From positions 2,128 to 66,127 of the forward strand of contig JAFLSR010000011.1 of assembly GCA_022510845.1 (NCBI GenBank): a stretch of DNA of 64,000 bases, read 5' to 3'. Below, piece after piece: positions 47,193 to 56,442 of this stretch (positions within the stretch are counted from its first letter, which is position 1; each line of letters opens with the position of its first letter). The notes under the pieces are model-generated. The model was not told where the DNA came from, ran no database searches, and worked only from the letters and a program-made list of their open reading frames with translations. The position numbers were made by a program, and so were the translations under genes. Origin of the DNA: Treponema sp. Lineage in GTDB: Bacteria > Spirochaetota > Spirochaetia > Treponematales > Treponemataceae.

Positions 47193-48176
47193 TTGCAGCC
47201 GATTCATGTTCCGGTTCTTCTTGAAGAATGCGTCGAACTGCTTTCTCCTCGCGGCGAGGCGTTCGAAAAAGACGCTCTGATGATTGATTCGACTTTGGGT
47301 GAGGGCGGACATTCGCAGGCGTTTTTGGAACGGTACGAGAATTTGCGGGTTTGCGGAATTGACGCTGACGGCGCGATTCAAACTCGGGCGAAGGAGCGGC
47401 TTTCTCGCTTTGGTGGCCGCGTGGAATTTTTCAACGGATGGTTCGATGCGTTCTACGCGAATTATCCTTTGGGAGCGCGAAAACCGAATCTGATTTTGTT
47501 CGATTTGGGCATCTCGATTTTTCACTACGAACTTTCGGGGAGGGGATTTTCGTTTCGAGGCGAAGAGCCGCTTGATATGCGGCTTGACGGCGCGAACGAA
47601 CTGAACGCGGCTTCGATTGTGAATGGCTTCGACGAAGAGCGGCTTGCGGATTTGATTTTTTTGTACGGCGAGGAAAAATTCAGCAGGAGAATCGCGCGTG
47701 AAATTTGCGAACGCCGCTCCGTGAAAAAGATTGAAACGAGCGCGGAACTTGCGGATTTGATTTATGGCGCAGTTCCGCAGAGCGCGCGGCACGGAAAAAT
47801 CCATCCTGCCACGCGGACGTTTCAGGCGTTGCGCATCGCGGTGAACGGAGAGCTTTCGCGGCTTCCTTCTGCGCTGTTTGACGCGTTCAATGTTTTGGAA
47901 GCCGGCGGAAAAATGGGCGTGATTACGTTCCATTCGCTTGAGGACAGAATCGTGAAAAATTTCTTCCGCAATTTGGGAAGGGATTGTGTCTGTCCGCCGA
48001 ACGTCGCTTCTTGCGTTTGCGAAGGAAGGGCGTGCGCTGAAATTTTGACGAGGAAGCCTGTCGTTCCAAGCGATGTTGAGGTGAAAATGAATCCGCCTTC
48101 AAGGAGCGCGAAACTCCGGGTGGTGCGGAAAATTGCGGACGCAGGAAAAATGCGCCTTTCTGGAGTGGGGTTGTAA
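47193..48176 (+). CDS. rsmH: 16S rRNA m4C1402 methyltransferase RsmH
   Basis: HVPVLL, DSTLGEGGHS, FDLGIS, PLDMRLD, HPATRTFQALRIAVNGEL, NPPSRSAKLR; TTG start with GAGGTG. Confidence 0.96.
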   Translation: MQPIHVPVLLEECVELLSPRGEAFEKDALMIDSTLGEGGHSQAFLERYENLRVCGIDADGAIQTRAKERLSRFGGRVEFFNGWFDAFYANYPLGARKPNLILFDLGISIFHYELSGRGFSFRGEEPLDMRLDGANELNAASIVNGFDEERLADLIFLYGEEKFSRRIAREICERRSVKKIETSAELADLIYGAVPQSARHGKIHPATRTFQALRIAVNGELSRLPSALFDAFNVLEAGGKMGVITFHSLEDRIVKNFFRNLGRDCVCPPNVASCVCEGRACAEILTRKPVVPSDVEVKMNPPSRSAKLRVVRKIADAGKMRLSGVGL

Positions 48177-48178
48177 AA

Positions 48179-48466
48179 ATGAAAAAGGTTGGCTATAGGA
48201 TATTCGTAATCGTGTGCGCTGTTTTGGTGCCCGCGCTTTTTGTTCTGAACGCGATTCAGGCGGACCGCTACATGAAGGTACAGAACGAAATCAAGGCGCT
48301 TGAGCAAAAACAGGCTGCGCTTGTTGAGGAAAACAAGCGTTTGATTACGGATATAAGCCTTCTTTCTAGCGGCGAAAGAATACAGAAGATTGCGGAAAAC
48401 GAACTCGGTATGCACAAGGCCGAGTCTGAAGACATTGTGCGAGTTGAAATGCGGCGGAAGCAGTAA
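48179..48466 (+). CDS. ftsL: Cell division protein FtsL/DivIC-like
   Basis: TM helix + coiled coil + ERIQKIAENELGM; position after rsmH. Confidence 0.8.
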   Translation: MKKVGYRIFVIVCAVLVPALFVLNAIQADRYMKVQNEIKALEQKQAALVEENKRLITDISLLSSGERIQKIAENELGMHKAESEDIVRVEMRRKQ

Positions 48467-48478
48467 GTCGGAAAAAAG

Positions 48479-49969
48479 ATGGGTGGGGAAGAGGAAAGCC
48501 TTTTGACATTTGACGAACTCGTCTGCGCAGTTGGCGGAAACCGAATAGCGGGGGGGGCGGATAACGCGCTCTGCTTTACTTCGGTTGCCACTGACAGCCG
48601 CAATGTAAAGGACGGCTCGCTTTTTGTTCCTCTCATCGGTCAAAATCAAGACGGACACAAATTCATTCCGCAGGCGTTGGCGGCTGGCGCGCGCGCGTTT
48701 TTTGTTACGAAGTCAGTTTATGAAAATTCTCTGCGCGAGTTCGATGCGCTTGCCGAAAAAAAATCCGACAAATTTTTCATATTGGTGAAAGACAATCTGC
48801 GCGCTTTGCAGGATGCCGCGCGTGCTTATGTCGATAAGTTCCCCTCCCTTTTAAAAATCGGAATCACGGGGTCAAGCGGAAAGACTACGACGAAAGAAAT
48901 TCTTTCTTCGGTGCTTGCTCAAAAGTTTCGCGTTGTTTCGACTGTGGGGAATTTGAATTCGGAAAGCGGACTTCCGCTAAGCGTTTTTGAAATTCGAAAA
49001 GAGCACGAGGCGGGCGTTTTTGAAATGGGAATGAACCGCGAAGATGAGATTGCGGAAATTGCCTCCGTGCTTCGTCCAAATTTCGCGATTGTTACGAATG
49101 TGGGAACGGCGCACATCGGCATTTTAAAGACGCGTGAAAAAATTGCCGCCGAAAAGAAAAAGATTTTTTCGCACATCACGGAAAGCGGAATCGCGCTTGT
49201 TCCGGAGGACGATGACTTTGCCGATTTTTTGGCGGCGGATGTTCGTGGAAAAGTCGTGCGCTTCGGAAAAAAATCCGCGGAAAATTTCGGCGTTAAATTT
49301 TTGGAAGACTTGGGAGTCGGCGGCACTCGATTTGAAATTGACGGCAAGGAAGCGCACCTTAAAATTCCTGGAAGCCATAATTTTCAAAACGCGCTTTCTT
49401 GCATCGCGCTTGCAAAGGAACTTGGGCTTTCGGCAGAAGAAATAATTCGCGGAATTGAAAATGTGAAGTTGCCTGCGGGAAGAAGTCAGGTGCAAAAAGT
49501 GCGCGTAAAAGGCGGCGCGGAAATTCTTTTGATGCAGGATTGCTACAATGCGAATCCCGAATCGATGCGGAAGGCTTTGGAGTTTTGCGCTTCGATTAAA
49601 ATTCCTGGAAGAAAATTTTTCGTGTTGGGCGATATGAAAGAATTGGGCGAGCATTCCGAAAGTGAGCACGCGCAAATTGGAGAAGCGGCGGCGCGTTCTG
49701 GTGCGGACTTTGTTTTTTTTGTGGGAAGCGAAATGCGCGCGGCGTTCTGTGCCGTGGAAAAAATGCGCGGAAATTCTTTGCGCGATTTTTCTGCGAAATA
49801 TTTTTCGGGCGAAGGGAATTGGATTGAGGAAATTTGCCGCGCGATTTTGGATGAAATTCGCGAAGGGGATTTTCTGCTTTTAAAGGCTTCCCATTCGATG
49901 GAATTTGAAAAAATTGCCGAAGGTTTGCTTGAAGTTCAAGGTGCGCCGCTTGGCGTGGAGGGGGATTGA
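48479..49969 (+). CDS. murF: UDP-MurNAc-tripeptide--D-Ala-D-Ala ligase
   Basis: TDSR, GITGSSGKTTTKE, EMGMN, DCYNANPES, LGDMKELG, KASH. Confidence 0.95.
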   Translation: MGGEEESLLTFDELVCAVGGNRIAGGADNALCFTSVATDSRNVKDGSLFVPLIGQNQDGHKFIPQALAAGARAFFVTKSVYENSLREFDALAEKKSDKFFILVKDNLRALQDAARAYVDKFPSLLKIGITGSSGKTTTKEILSSVLAQKFRVVSTVGNLNSESGLPLSVFEIRKEHEAGVFEMGMNREDEIAEIASVLRPNFAIVTNVGTAHIGILKTREKIAAEKKKIFSHITESGIALVPEDDDFADFLAADVRGKVVRFGKKSAENFGVKFLEDLGVGGTRFEIDGKEAHLKIPGSHNFQNALSCIALAKELGLSAEEIIRGIENVKLPAGRSQVQKVRVKGGAEILLMQDCYNANPESMRKALEFCASIKIPGRKFFVLGDMKELGEHSESEHAQIGEAAARSGADFVFFVGSEMRAAFCAVEKMRGNSLRDFSAKYFSGEGNWIEEICRAILDEIREGDFLLLKASHSMEFEKIAEGLLEVQGAPLGVEGD

Positions 49970-49970
49970 A

Positions 49971-51167
49971 ATGGGTGGATATAATTTTTATCCTGCCAAG
50001 CCGATTTCGGATTACAGAAGAAGCGACCTCGGTCTGATTGTTTCGGTCATCTTGTTTTGGGGAATCGGAATGTGCACGCTTTATGTGTGCTCTTCGGCGT
50101 ATTGTGACAAAGTTTGGGGCGACCCGTTTTTGTTGATAAAGCGACAGATGGGCGCTTCGATTTTTGGGTTTGCAGGACTTTTGCTTTTTGCGTTTTTGCC
50201 TCTTGCGAAGATACGAAAAATGCTTCCGTTCATAATTCTTGTGACTGTCGTGCTTTTGCTTTGCACGTTCGTTCCCGCGTTCAGCGAAGAGCGTAACGGC
50301 GCGAAACGATGGGTGAAACTTCCGTTTATGCGGTTTCAGCCTTCGGAACTTGCGAAATTCGCAATCATACTGTACCTTGCAAATTTCTTCGACAAGTATC
50401 AGCGTGAGCGCGACTTGGAAGAGCGCACAGTTTTTCCTGCCGTCGTCGTGACGATGATTTTTGTTGTGCTTGTTTTTGGCGAAAAGGATTTTTCTACGGG
50501 AATGTTTTTGTTCCTGCTTGCCCTTTTGCTCTTTTTTATCAGCGGAAGCAAATTGCTTTGGCTTTTTCCGATGGCGCTGATAGGGATTCCTGCTTTGGCG
50601 ATGATGATTATGTGGGAGCCGTATCGAATGGAACGAATCGAGGGATATTTGAATCCTGGGCAATATTCGCAGGGAGTGAACTATCAGACAAATGCTTCGA
50701 TTCGAGCAATCAGTACGGGCGGCTTTTGGGGGCAGGGAATCGGAAGCGGGCTTACGAAATTGAACAGTATTCCCGAAGTCCAAGCCGACTATATTTTTGC
50801 AGGCTGGGTGGAAGCGATGGGGCTTTTCGGCGTGATTCTATATTTTCTGCTTTTGGGGGCGTTTGCGTACAAAGCCTACAGGTGCGCATTCAATTGTCCC
50901 GACCGTTTTGGTTCGATTGGAATTTTCGGATGCGCCTCTGCGATTTTTTTTCAGTCCATCGCGAACCTTGCCGTCGTATGCGGCGCGATTCCTTCGACGG
51001 GAATTCCGCTTCCGTTTTTTTCGGCTGGTGGCTCTTCGATAGTGGTCACGCTTTGCATGTGCGGCTTTATGATAAATGCGGCTCGTGCCGAAAGCGATTC
51101 CTATGACGAGGTGCTTGAAAACGATTCAAGAAATTACGAAGTTGTTACGAGGATGGAAAAAATATGA
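49971..51167 (+). CDS. ftsW: Peptidoglycan glycosyltransferase FtsW
   Basis: NGAKRW, FQPSELAK, IPEVQADYIF, TGIPLPFFSAGGSS. Confidence 0.93.
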   Translation: MGGYNFYPAKPISDYRRSDLGLIVSVILFWGIGMCTLYVCSSAYCDKVWGDPFLLIKRQMGASIFGFAGLLLFAFLPLAKIRKMLPFIILVTVVLLLCTFVPAFSEERNGAKRWVKLPFMRFQPSELAKFAIILYLANFFDKYQRERDLEERTVFPAVVVTMIFVVLVFGEKDFSTGMFLFLLALLLFFISGSKLLWLFPMALIGIPALAMMIMWEPYRMERIEGYLNPGQYSQGVNYQTNASIRAISTGGFWGQGIGSGLTKLNSIPEVQADYIFAGWVEAMGLFGVILYFLLLGAFAYKAYRCAFNCPDRFGSIGIFGCASAIFFQSIANLAVVCGAIPSTGIPLPFFSAGGSSIVVTLCMCGFMINAARAESDSYDEVLENDSRNYEVVTRMEKI

Positions 51168-52021
51168 GCGATATTGTTCAAGAGTCTTACATCGACATCG
51201 ATGATTTTGGTCGCCATGCGGAAGCGGATAATTCGAGCGAGAAATCCGACTACAAATTTTTTCGCGGCATAAAAATTTTCATCGCGATTTTGGTGGGCGC
51301 GCTCGCGCTGGAACTTGTTTTGTACAAATTCGTCAAGCCTAGCATCGGAGTTCCGCGTCTTGTCTACAGCGGATTGAAGAATTACACGGAAGAAGAATTG
51401 ACGGCCGCCATCGCGCCGATTTATCGTGGCAACTGGTTCAGTTTCGACACGAACACGATTGCGTCCAAAATTTCTGCCGTGAGCGGGATTGAGTCCGTGG
51501 AAATCGAAAAGCATTTTCCGGACAAAATTTTGATTAACGTAAAGGAGCGCGAAAGCGTTGCAATGACATTTGTGAGCGACGGCGGGCGCACCGTTCCTGT
51601 TCAAATCGACAAGAACTGCGTTTTGTTTGAAGTGGAAAACACGGAGATTGCCGCGGACAATTCCATTCCTATAATTTCCGGGCTTCCCGTAGAATTTCTT
51701 TCCGGTGGAATGCGCATTCCTTCTAAGTACCGTTCGCTGATTGAGCAGATAAAAAAAATTCGCGAATTGCCGCAAAAATATTTTGCCGCCATAAGCGAAA
51801 TATGCGTGTTGCCGAAAAAATATGGCAACTACGAACTGATGATAATTCCTGTGAATTCGAAAGCGCGTGTCCTCACCGACAGGGTCTTGAATGAAGACGT
51901 GCTTCAGTATATGATTGTTGCATTGGAAGTTGTGAATTCGATTGAACCTGACGCAAAGCAAATTGACTTGCGCTATGGCTCGGTTTCCTGCAGAACTTCT
52001 GACGGAGGAAATCTTGAGTGA
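51164..52021 (+). CDS. ftsQ: Cell division protein FtsQ/DivIB
   Basis: TM helix, POTRA (IESVEIEKHFPDKILINVKERE), terminal IDLRY. Confidence 0.88.
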   Translation: MSDIVQESYIDIDDFGRHAEADNSSEKSDYKFFRGIKIFIAILVGALALELVLYKFVKPSIGVPRLVYSGLKNYTEEELTAAIAPIYRGNWFSFDTNTIASKISAVSGIESVEIEKHFPDKILINVKERESVAMTFVSDGGRTVPVQIDKNCVLFEVENTEIAADNSIPIISGLPVEFLSGGMRIPSKYRSLIEQIKKIRELPQKYFAAISEICVLPKKYGNYELMIIPVNSKARVLTDRVLNEDVLQYMIVALEVVNSIEPDAKQIDLRYGSVSCRTSDGGNLE

Positions 52022-53273
52022 AAAAATTGTCGGTCTTGATATCGGCACTAGCATGATTCGCGTGGCAGTTGGAGAATTGGACGCGGATTCAAATATCGAA
52101 ATAATCGGTCTCGCCTCGAAAAAATCGCAAGGGCTTAAGAACGGCGCGATTTTGAATTTGAAGGCGGCGAGCGCGGTGATAAAAGAAGCCATTGAAGCCG
52201 TGGAGCAAAATGCCGGTACGGAAGTGGTTTCATGTGTGGCTGCTTTGGGCGGACCACAAATCGAAACGCTCAACTCGCGCGGGCAGTCTGCCATCGCAAA
52301 GCACGGCAAGGCTGGCGGCGAAATCACTCGTGCTGACATCGAGCGCGTAATCGAGGCGGCGCGTTCCGTTCCGCTTCCGCTCGACAGGGAAATCCTGCAT
52401 GTGATTCCGAAGGATTACATGGTGGATGGCGGCGAATGCGTAAAAGACCCGATTAACATGATTGGAGTTCGGCTTGAAACCGAAGTCCACATCGTAACCG
52501 CTTCCAAAACTTCGATACAAAATGAGCGCGAATGCATAAACCGCGCGGGCTACGATTTGGAGCGGATAATGCAGAAAACGCTCGCGGCAACGCAAGCCGT
52601 GGTACACCAAGATGAAATGGACTTGGGCTCGATTTTGATTGACTTGGGAGCAGGAACTACGGATGTGTTGGTGCTTTACGGCGGCGCTCCTTTTGTGGGC
52701 TTTTCCATAAAAGTTGGCGGAAACCTTGTTACGAACGACATCGCGATTGTAAAAGGAATTCCGATTGCCGCCGCGGAAGAAATCAAAATCAATTCGGGTT
52801 GCTGCTACATCGATATGCTTGACAATCCCCGCGATGTTGCGATTCCTGGAGTTGGTGGACGACCACCTGAACTTACGACGCAGAGCGAAATCTGCCAAAT
52901 TATCCAGCCTCGCATGGAAGAAATTTTTATGATGACGTTGCGCGAAATTCGAAGACGAACCGACCTCACTCGTTTGAGCGGCAACATCATTCTGACTGGG
53001 GGAGGGGCGCAGATGGAAGGCGTCCTCGAACTTGCCAAGGATGTTTTTGGAACTAGCGCGGTTCGTCTCGGCATTCCGGAAAGCATCGGTGGCGATGAGG
53101 AGGCTTATCGCAAGCCAGAATTTGCCACGGTGATTGGACTTGTCGTTTCGCAAAAAGGCATGACTGTGGCAAGTTTGGAATCAGACGGCGCGGGGAAATC
53201 TGCTTCGGTGCGGAGAAAGAATTCGGCAAAAAGCGAAGGCATTTTGCAAAAGATGAAAAAAGCGTTTTTTTAA
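52014..53273 (+). CDS. ftsA: Cell division protein FtsA
   Basis: VGLDIGTS, LIDLGAGTT, GGNLVTNDIA, LTGGGAQ; TTG start with GGAGG. Confidence 0.96.
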   Translation: MSEKIVGLDIGTSMIRVAVGELDADSNIEIIGLASKKSQGLKNGAILNLKAASAVIKEAIEAVEQNAGTEVVSCVAALGGPQIETLNSRGQSAIAKHGKAGGEITRADIERVIEAARSVPLPLDREILHVIPKDYMVDGGECVKDPINMIGVRLETEVHIVTASKTSIQNERECINRAGYDLERIMQKTLAATQAVVHQDEMDLGSILIDLGAGTTDVLVLYGGAPFVGFSIKVGGNLVTNDIAIVKGIPIAAAEEIKINSGCCYIDMLDNPRDVAIPGVGGRPPELTTQSEICQIIQPRMEEIFMMTLREIRRRTDLTRLSGNIILTGGGAQMEGVLELAKDVFGTSAVRLGIPESIGGDEEAYRKPEFATVIGLVVSQKGMTVASLESDGAGKSASVRRKNSAKSEGILQKMKKAFF

Positions 53274-53415
53274 AAACAACGCAATTCGGCGTGTCGGATT
53301 TTTTTGATATTGATGCGATGTCGAAATGCCGCCACTGAAATTGCTTCGAGTTTTTTGCTACGAAAAAAAAACTCGCTTATTGAATGCCGTTTCTCACTTC
53401 GTTGCGAAACGGCGT

Positions 53416-53457
53416 TTCCAAAAAAATCAGAAATTTCAATTTCTGATTTTTTTGGAA
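53416..53457. repeat. Perfect 19-bp inverted repeat just upstream of the ftsZ RBS
   Basis: TTCCAAAAAAATCAGAAAT-ttca-ATTTCTGATTTTTTTGGAA followed by T7 then GGGAGG. Confidence 0.9.
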
Positions 53458-53477
53458 TTTTTTTGGGAGGAAAAAAT

Positions 53478-54860
53478 ATGGCTTTGATGAACCATTCTTT
53501 GGTGAACGAGGAAGGCGCGTCGCTTTCGAATCCAAGTCCAACGATAATAAAGGTTATCGGCTGCGGGGGGGGCGGCTCTAACGCGGTGAACCGCATGATT
53601 GACGCTGGAATTCCCAACGTGGATTTTATCGTGCTCAACACCGACTTGCAGGCTTTGAACAGTTCTCGCGCTTCAACTAAACTTGCGATTGGGCAGAAAG
53701 TTACGGGCGGACTTGGCGCTGGCGGAAACCCGGAAGTGGGGCAGGAAGCGGCCGAAGAAGACACCGAAATCATACAGAATATTTTGAAAGGCGCGAACAT
53801 GGTTTTTGTTACTGCCGGAATGGGCGGCGGAACTGGAACCGGTTCAGCTCCGGTAGTTGCGAAAATCGCGCGGGAAATGGGCGCGCTCACTGTGGGCGTG
53901 GTCACCACTCCGTTTGAATTTGAAGGACCAGTCCGAATGGATTTGGCGCGTGAAGGAATCGAACGGCTTCACAAAGAAGTCGATTCGCTGATTGTGATTC
54001 CGAACCAGCAGCTTTTGAAAATCGTGGACAAAAAGGCTCCTGCTCGCCAGGCGTTCCTCGTTGCCGACGATGTTTTGCGACAAGGCGTTGAAGGCATTTC
54101 AAACATCATCACTAAGGCGGGCGACGTGAACACGGATTTCGCTGATGTTACCGCTGCGATGAAGGGACAGGGTGATGCGATTCTCGGCGTTGGAGTTGGC
54201 TCTGGCGAAAACCGCGCGGTAGATGCCGCCACCAATGCGATTCGAAATCCGCTTTTGGAAGATTCCAATATCGATGGCGCGAAAAACATCCTCATCAATG
54301 TTTGCTCAAACGGAGGCATCTCGCTTTCTGAAACTGCCGAAATCGCAAAAATCGTAACGGCTTCTGCCGCTCCTCGCCACAAAGTTTTCTGGGGCAATGT
54401 CACGGATTCATCAATGTCGGAAGACGAAGTGAGCGTCACTGTGATTGCGACTGGCTTCAGCCAAGCGCAAACCGAGCACGAGGAAAAGCCGCTTCAGCAC
54501 GAAATCAAATTGGAGAAAAACGAAAGCAACATCGTTGACATAGACGAGTTTGACGGGCTTCTGCACGGAAAGGGCTCTTATCGCCATCACAGCGAGGAAC
54601 TTTTTGATGAAGGCGAATTTGTGAAAGTTCCGGTCGCGGAAAAAGTCGCGGCGGAAAAAGAGACGCTTTCTGTTGCCGCGTCTTCGGAAGGAAGCGATGG
54701 CGGAAGTTTGGGACGCGACTTGGCTTCGTCATCATATTTGTCGCGCAGACCGACTTTTGCTTCCGCTCCGCAGGGCTTTGCAGATAGCGACAATCTTGAA
54801 GTCCCAACGCTTTACAGGCTTGGAAAAACTGCGCTCACACGCGAAATAAATTTGCGCTAG
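53478..54860 (+). CDS. ftsZ: Cell division protein FtsZ
   Basis: [14 protein letters not shown], tubulin signature [18 protein letters not shown]-terminal LEVPTLYR. Confidence 0.98.
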   Translation: MALMNHSLVNEEGASLSNPSPTIIKVIGCGGGGSNAVNRMIDAGIPNVDFIVLNTDLQALNSSRASTKLAIGQKVTGGLGAGGNPEVGQEAAEEDTEIIQNILKGANMVFVTAGMGGGTGTGSAPVVAKIAREMGALTVGVVTTPFEFEGPVRMDLAREGIERLHKEVDSLIVIPNQQLLKIVDKKAPARQAFLVADDVLRQGVEGISNIITKAGDVNTDFADVTAAMKGQGDAILGVGVGSGENRAVDAATNAIRNPLLEDSNIDGAKNILINVCSNGGISLSETAEIAKIVTASAAPRHKVFWGNVTDSSMSEDEVSVTVIATGFSQAQTEHEEKPLQHEIKLEKNESNIVDIDEFDGLLHGKGSYRHHSEELFDEGEFVKVPVAEKVAAEKETLSVAASSEGSDGGSLGRDLASSSYLSRRPTFASAPQGFADSDNLEVPTLYRLGKTALTREINLR

Positions 54861-54883
54861 GTTCTGACTCGGATTTGATTTGA

Positions 54884-55783
54884 ATGGAAAAATTCGAAAG
54901 GCTTTTGCGGCAGTTCCACGCGAATCTGATTATGGTCGAAGGAAGGGCGGAGCTTACCGCCCAAACTTACGGAACGGCCGTAAAGGAATTTTTGTCGTGG
55001 CTCTGCACGAAGAGCCTTGAACTTGAAAGTGTCGCGCTCAAGGATTTGCTCTACTATCTTTCGTGGCGAAAGTCGCTTGGGAATTCCGAGTTGACAATCG
55101 CGAAGGACATAAGCGCGCTTCGTGCTTTTGGCGCATTCCTCACGAGGGAGGGGCTGTGGCAGGAAAACCTCGCGCTTGTCTTGGACAGGCCGCGCGCTTC
55201 TCGCGCGCTTCCAAGGGTTTTGAGCGTGGAGCAGGTGGATGAGCTTCTTTCTTGCATCGACACTTCCGACGCGCTCGGAATCCGCGATCGCACGCTTTTT
55301 GAACTCGTCTATTCTTGCGGGCTTCGAATCAGCGAAGCGTGTTCGCTTTTGATGGGAAATGTTCACCTGAAAGAAAAAATTCTTCTCGTGCGCGGAAAGG
55401 GCGACAAGGAGAGAATCCTTCCGTTCGGCGATGCGGCAAAAGAATGGCTTTCCCGCTATTTTGACGAAGTGCGTCCGAGCCTTGTGGGAAAAAAAATCGT
55501 GCCACAGGTTTTCGTGAACTACAAGGGCGATGCGATTTCGCGCAAAGGTGTGTGGAAGCGTTTCAAAGAATTGGAAAGTTTTACAGGAATCGATTGCAAG
55601 GTTCACACGCTTCGCCATTCGTTTGCCACGCACTTGCTTTCAGGCGGCGCGGACTTACGAAGCGTTCAGGCGTTGCTCGGTCATGCTGATTTGGCTACAA
55701 CTCAAATCTACACGCATGTCGCTACGGGCGAACTTGGCGACTACCACAAAGAATTTTTTCCTGGCCACAAAACACCCCAATAG
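54884..55783 (+). CDS. xerD: XerC/D family tyrosine recombinase
   Basis: RDRTLFELVYSCGLRISE, GKGDKER, HTLRHSFATHLL, LLGH, TTQIY. Confidence 0.88.
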   Translation: MEKFERLLRQFHANLIMVEGRAELTAQTYGTAVKEFLSWLCTKSLELESVALKDLLYYLSWRKSLGNSELTIAKDISALRAFGAFLTREGLWQENLALVLDRPRASRALPRVLSVEQVDELLSCIDTSDALGIRDRTLFELVYSCGLRISEACSLLMGNVHLKEKILLVRGKGDKERILPFGDAAKEWLSRYFDEVRPSLVGKKIVPQVFVNYKGDAISRKGVWKRFKELESFTGIDCKVHTLRHSFATHLLSGGADLRSVQALLGHADLATTQIYTHVATGELGDYHKEFFPGHKTPQ

Positions 55784-55847
55784 TTGCGAGCAGATTGATG
55801 GAATTGCGCCTTCCTTGCTTGAGCTTTTGCATTTTTCAAAAAACTTG

Positions 55848-55876
55848 TTGACACGATTTTGTTTTTTTGCTAGACT
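55848..55876 (+). promoter_or_regulatory. sigma70 promoter of rimP-nusA-infB
   Basis: TTGACA - 17 nt - TAGACT with extended TG. Confidence 0.75.
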
Positions 55877-55905
55877 TGATTTGTACATTTTAATTAGTTT
55901 AAAGT

Positions 55906-55932
55906 GGACTCGCTAAAAAGCGGGTCTTTTTT
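55906..55932 (+). promoter_or_regulatory. rimP leader hairpin with U-tract (attenuator-like)
   Basis: GGACTCGC-taaaaa-GCGGGTCT then TTTTT in the 5' UTR; similar leader hairpins are known upstream of rimP-nusA operons. Confidence 0.55.
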
Positions 55933-55943
55933 GTAGGCGGCGA

Positions 55944-56399
55944 ATGGAATATCTTCCGTTGGACAAGATACCTCATTTTTCGGAATGCGAGCCTTTGGTG
56001 CGCGGCATGGGCTATGTGCTCGTGGATTTGAAAATCATTCCACAAAAGTCCGTGGTACGAATCAGCGCAGTCATCGCGTGCAAGGATGCGGGAGCGTCGC
56101 TCGGCGTGGACGAATGTTCCAAAGTGCACCGCGCGCTTTTGCCGCGAATCCAAGCCTTGCTCGGAACCGACCAAACTTACATGGAACTTACTTCGCCGGG
56201 CACAGACCGCAACATAAAGAATGCCGCCGAGTTCGCGCTATTTGAGGGCCGCGAAATCCGTGTTTGGGACAGAAATGTTTCGGATTGGATTTCCGGAAAA
56301 ATCCTGCGCTCGGACGAAAGCGCCGTGGTGCTTGAAGTGGACGGGCAGGAAAAGGAATTTCGTTTCGAGGACATCGCCAAGGCGAAATTCTGCGACTGA
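55944..56399 (+). CDS. rimP: Ribosome maturation factor RimP
   Basis: GVDECSKVHR, YMELTSPGTDR, DIAKAK; first gene before nusA. Confidence 0.9.
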   Translation: MEYLPLDKIPHFSECEPLVRGMGYVLVDLKIIPQKSVVRISAVIACKDAGASLGVDECSKVHRALLPRIQALLGTDQTYMELTSPGTDRNIKNAAEFALFEGREIRVWDRNVSDWISGKILRSDESAVVLEVDGQEKEFRFEDIAKAKFCD

Positions 56400-56442
56400 A
56401 TTTGAATTGATGAAAAAAATATAGTTTTTACAGGAGGCTTCT

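Noticed and set aside
48550-48557. G8 tracts in murF and in ftsZ (about 53565) as phase-variation sites
   Set aside because: They encode Gly runs in essential genes. They serve only as a caution for the C9 tract at 2659-2667.
54884-55783. Tyrosine recombinase as a phage or ICE integrase; a dif site nearby
   Set aside because: The size and the position after ftsZ match housekeeping Xer in treponemes. No dif-like 28-mer or mobile cargo was recognised.
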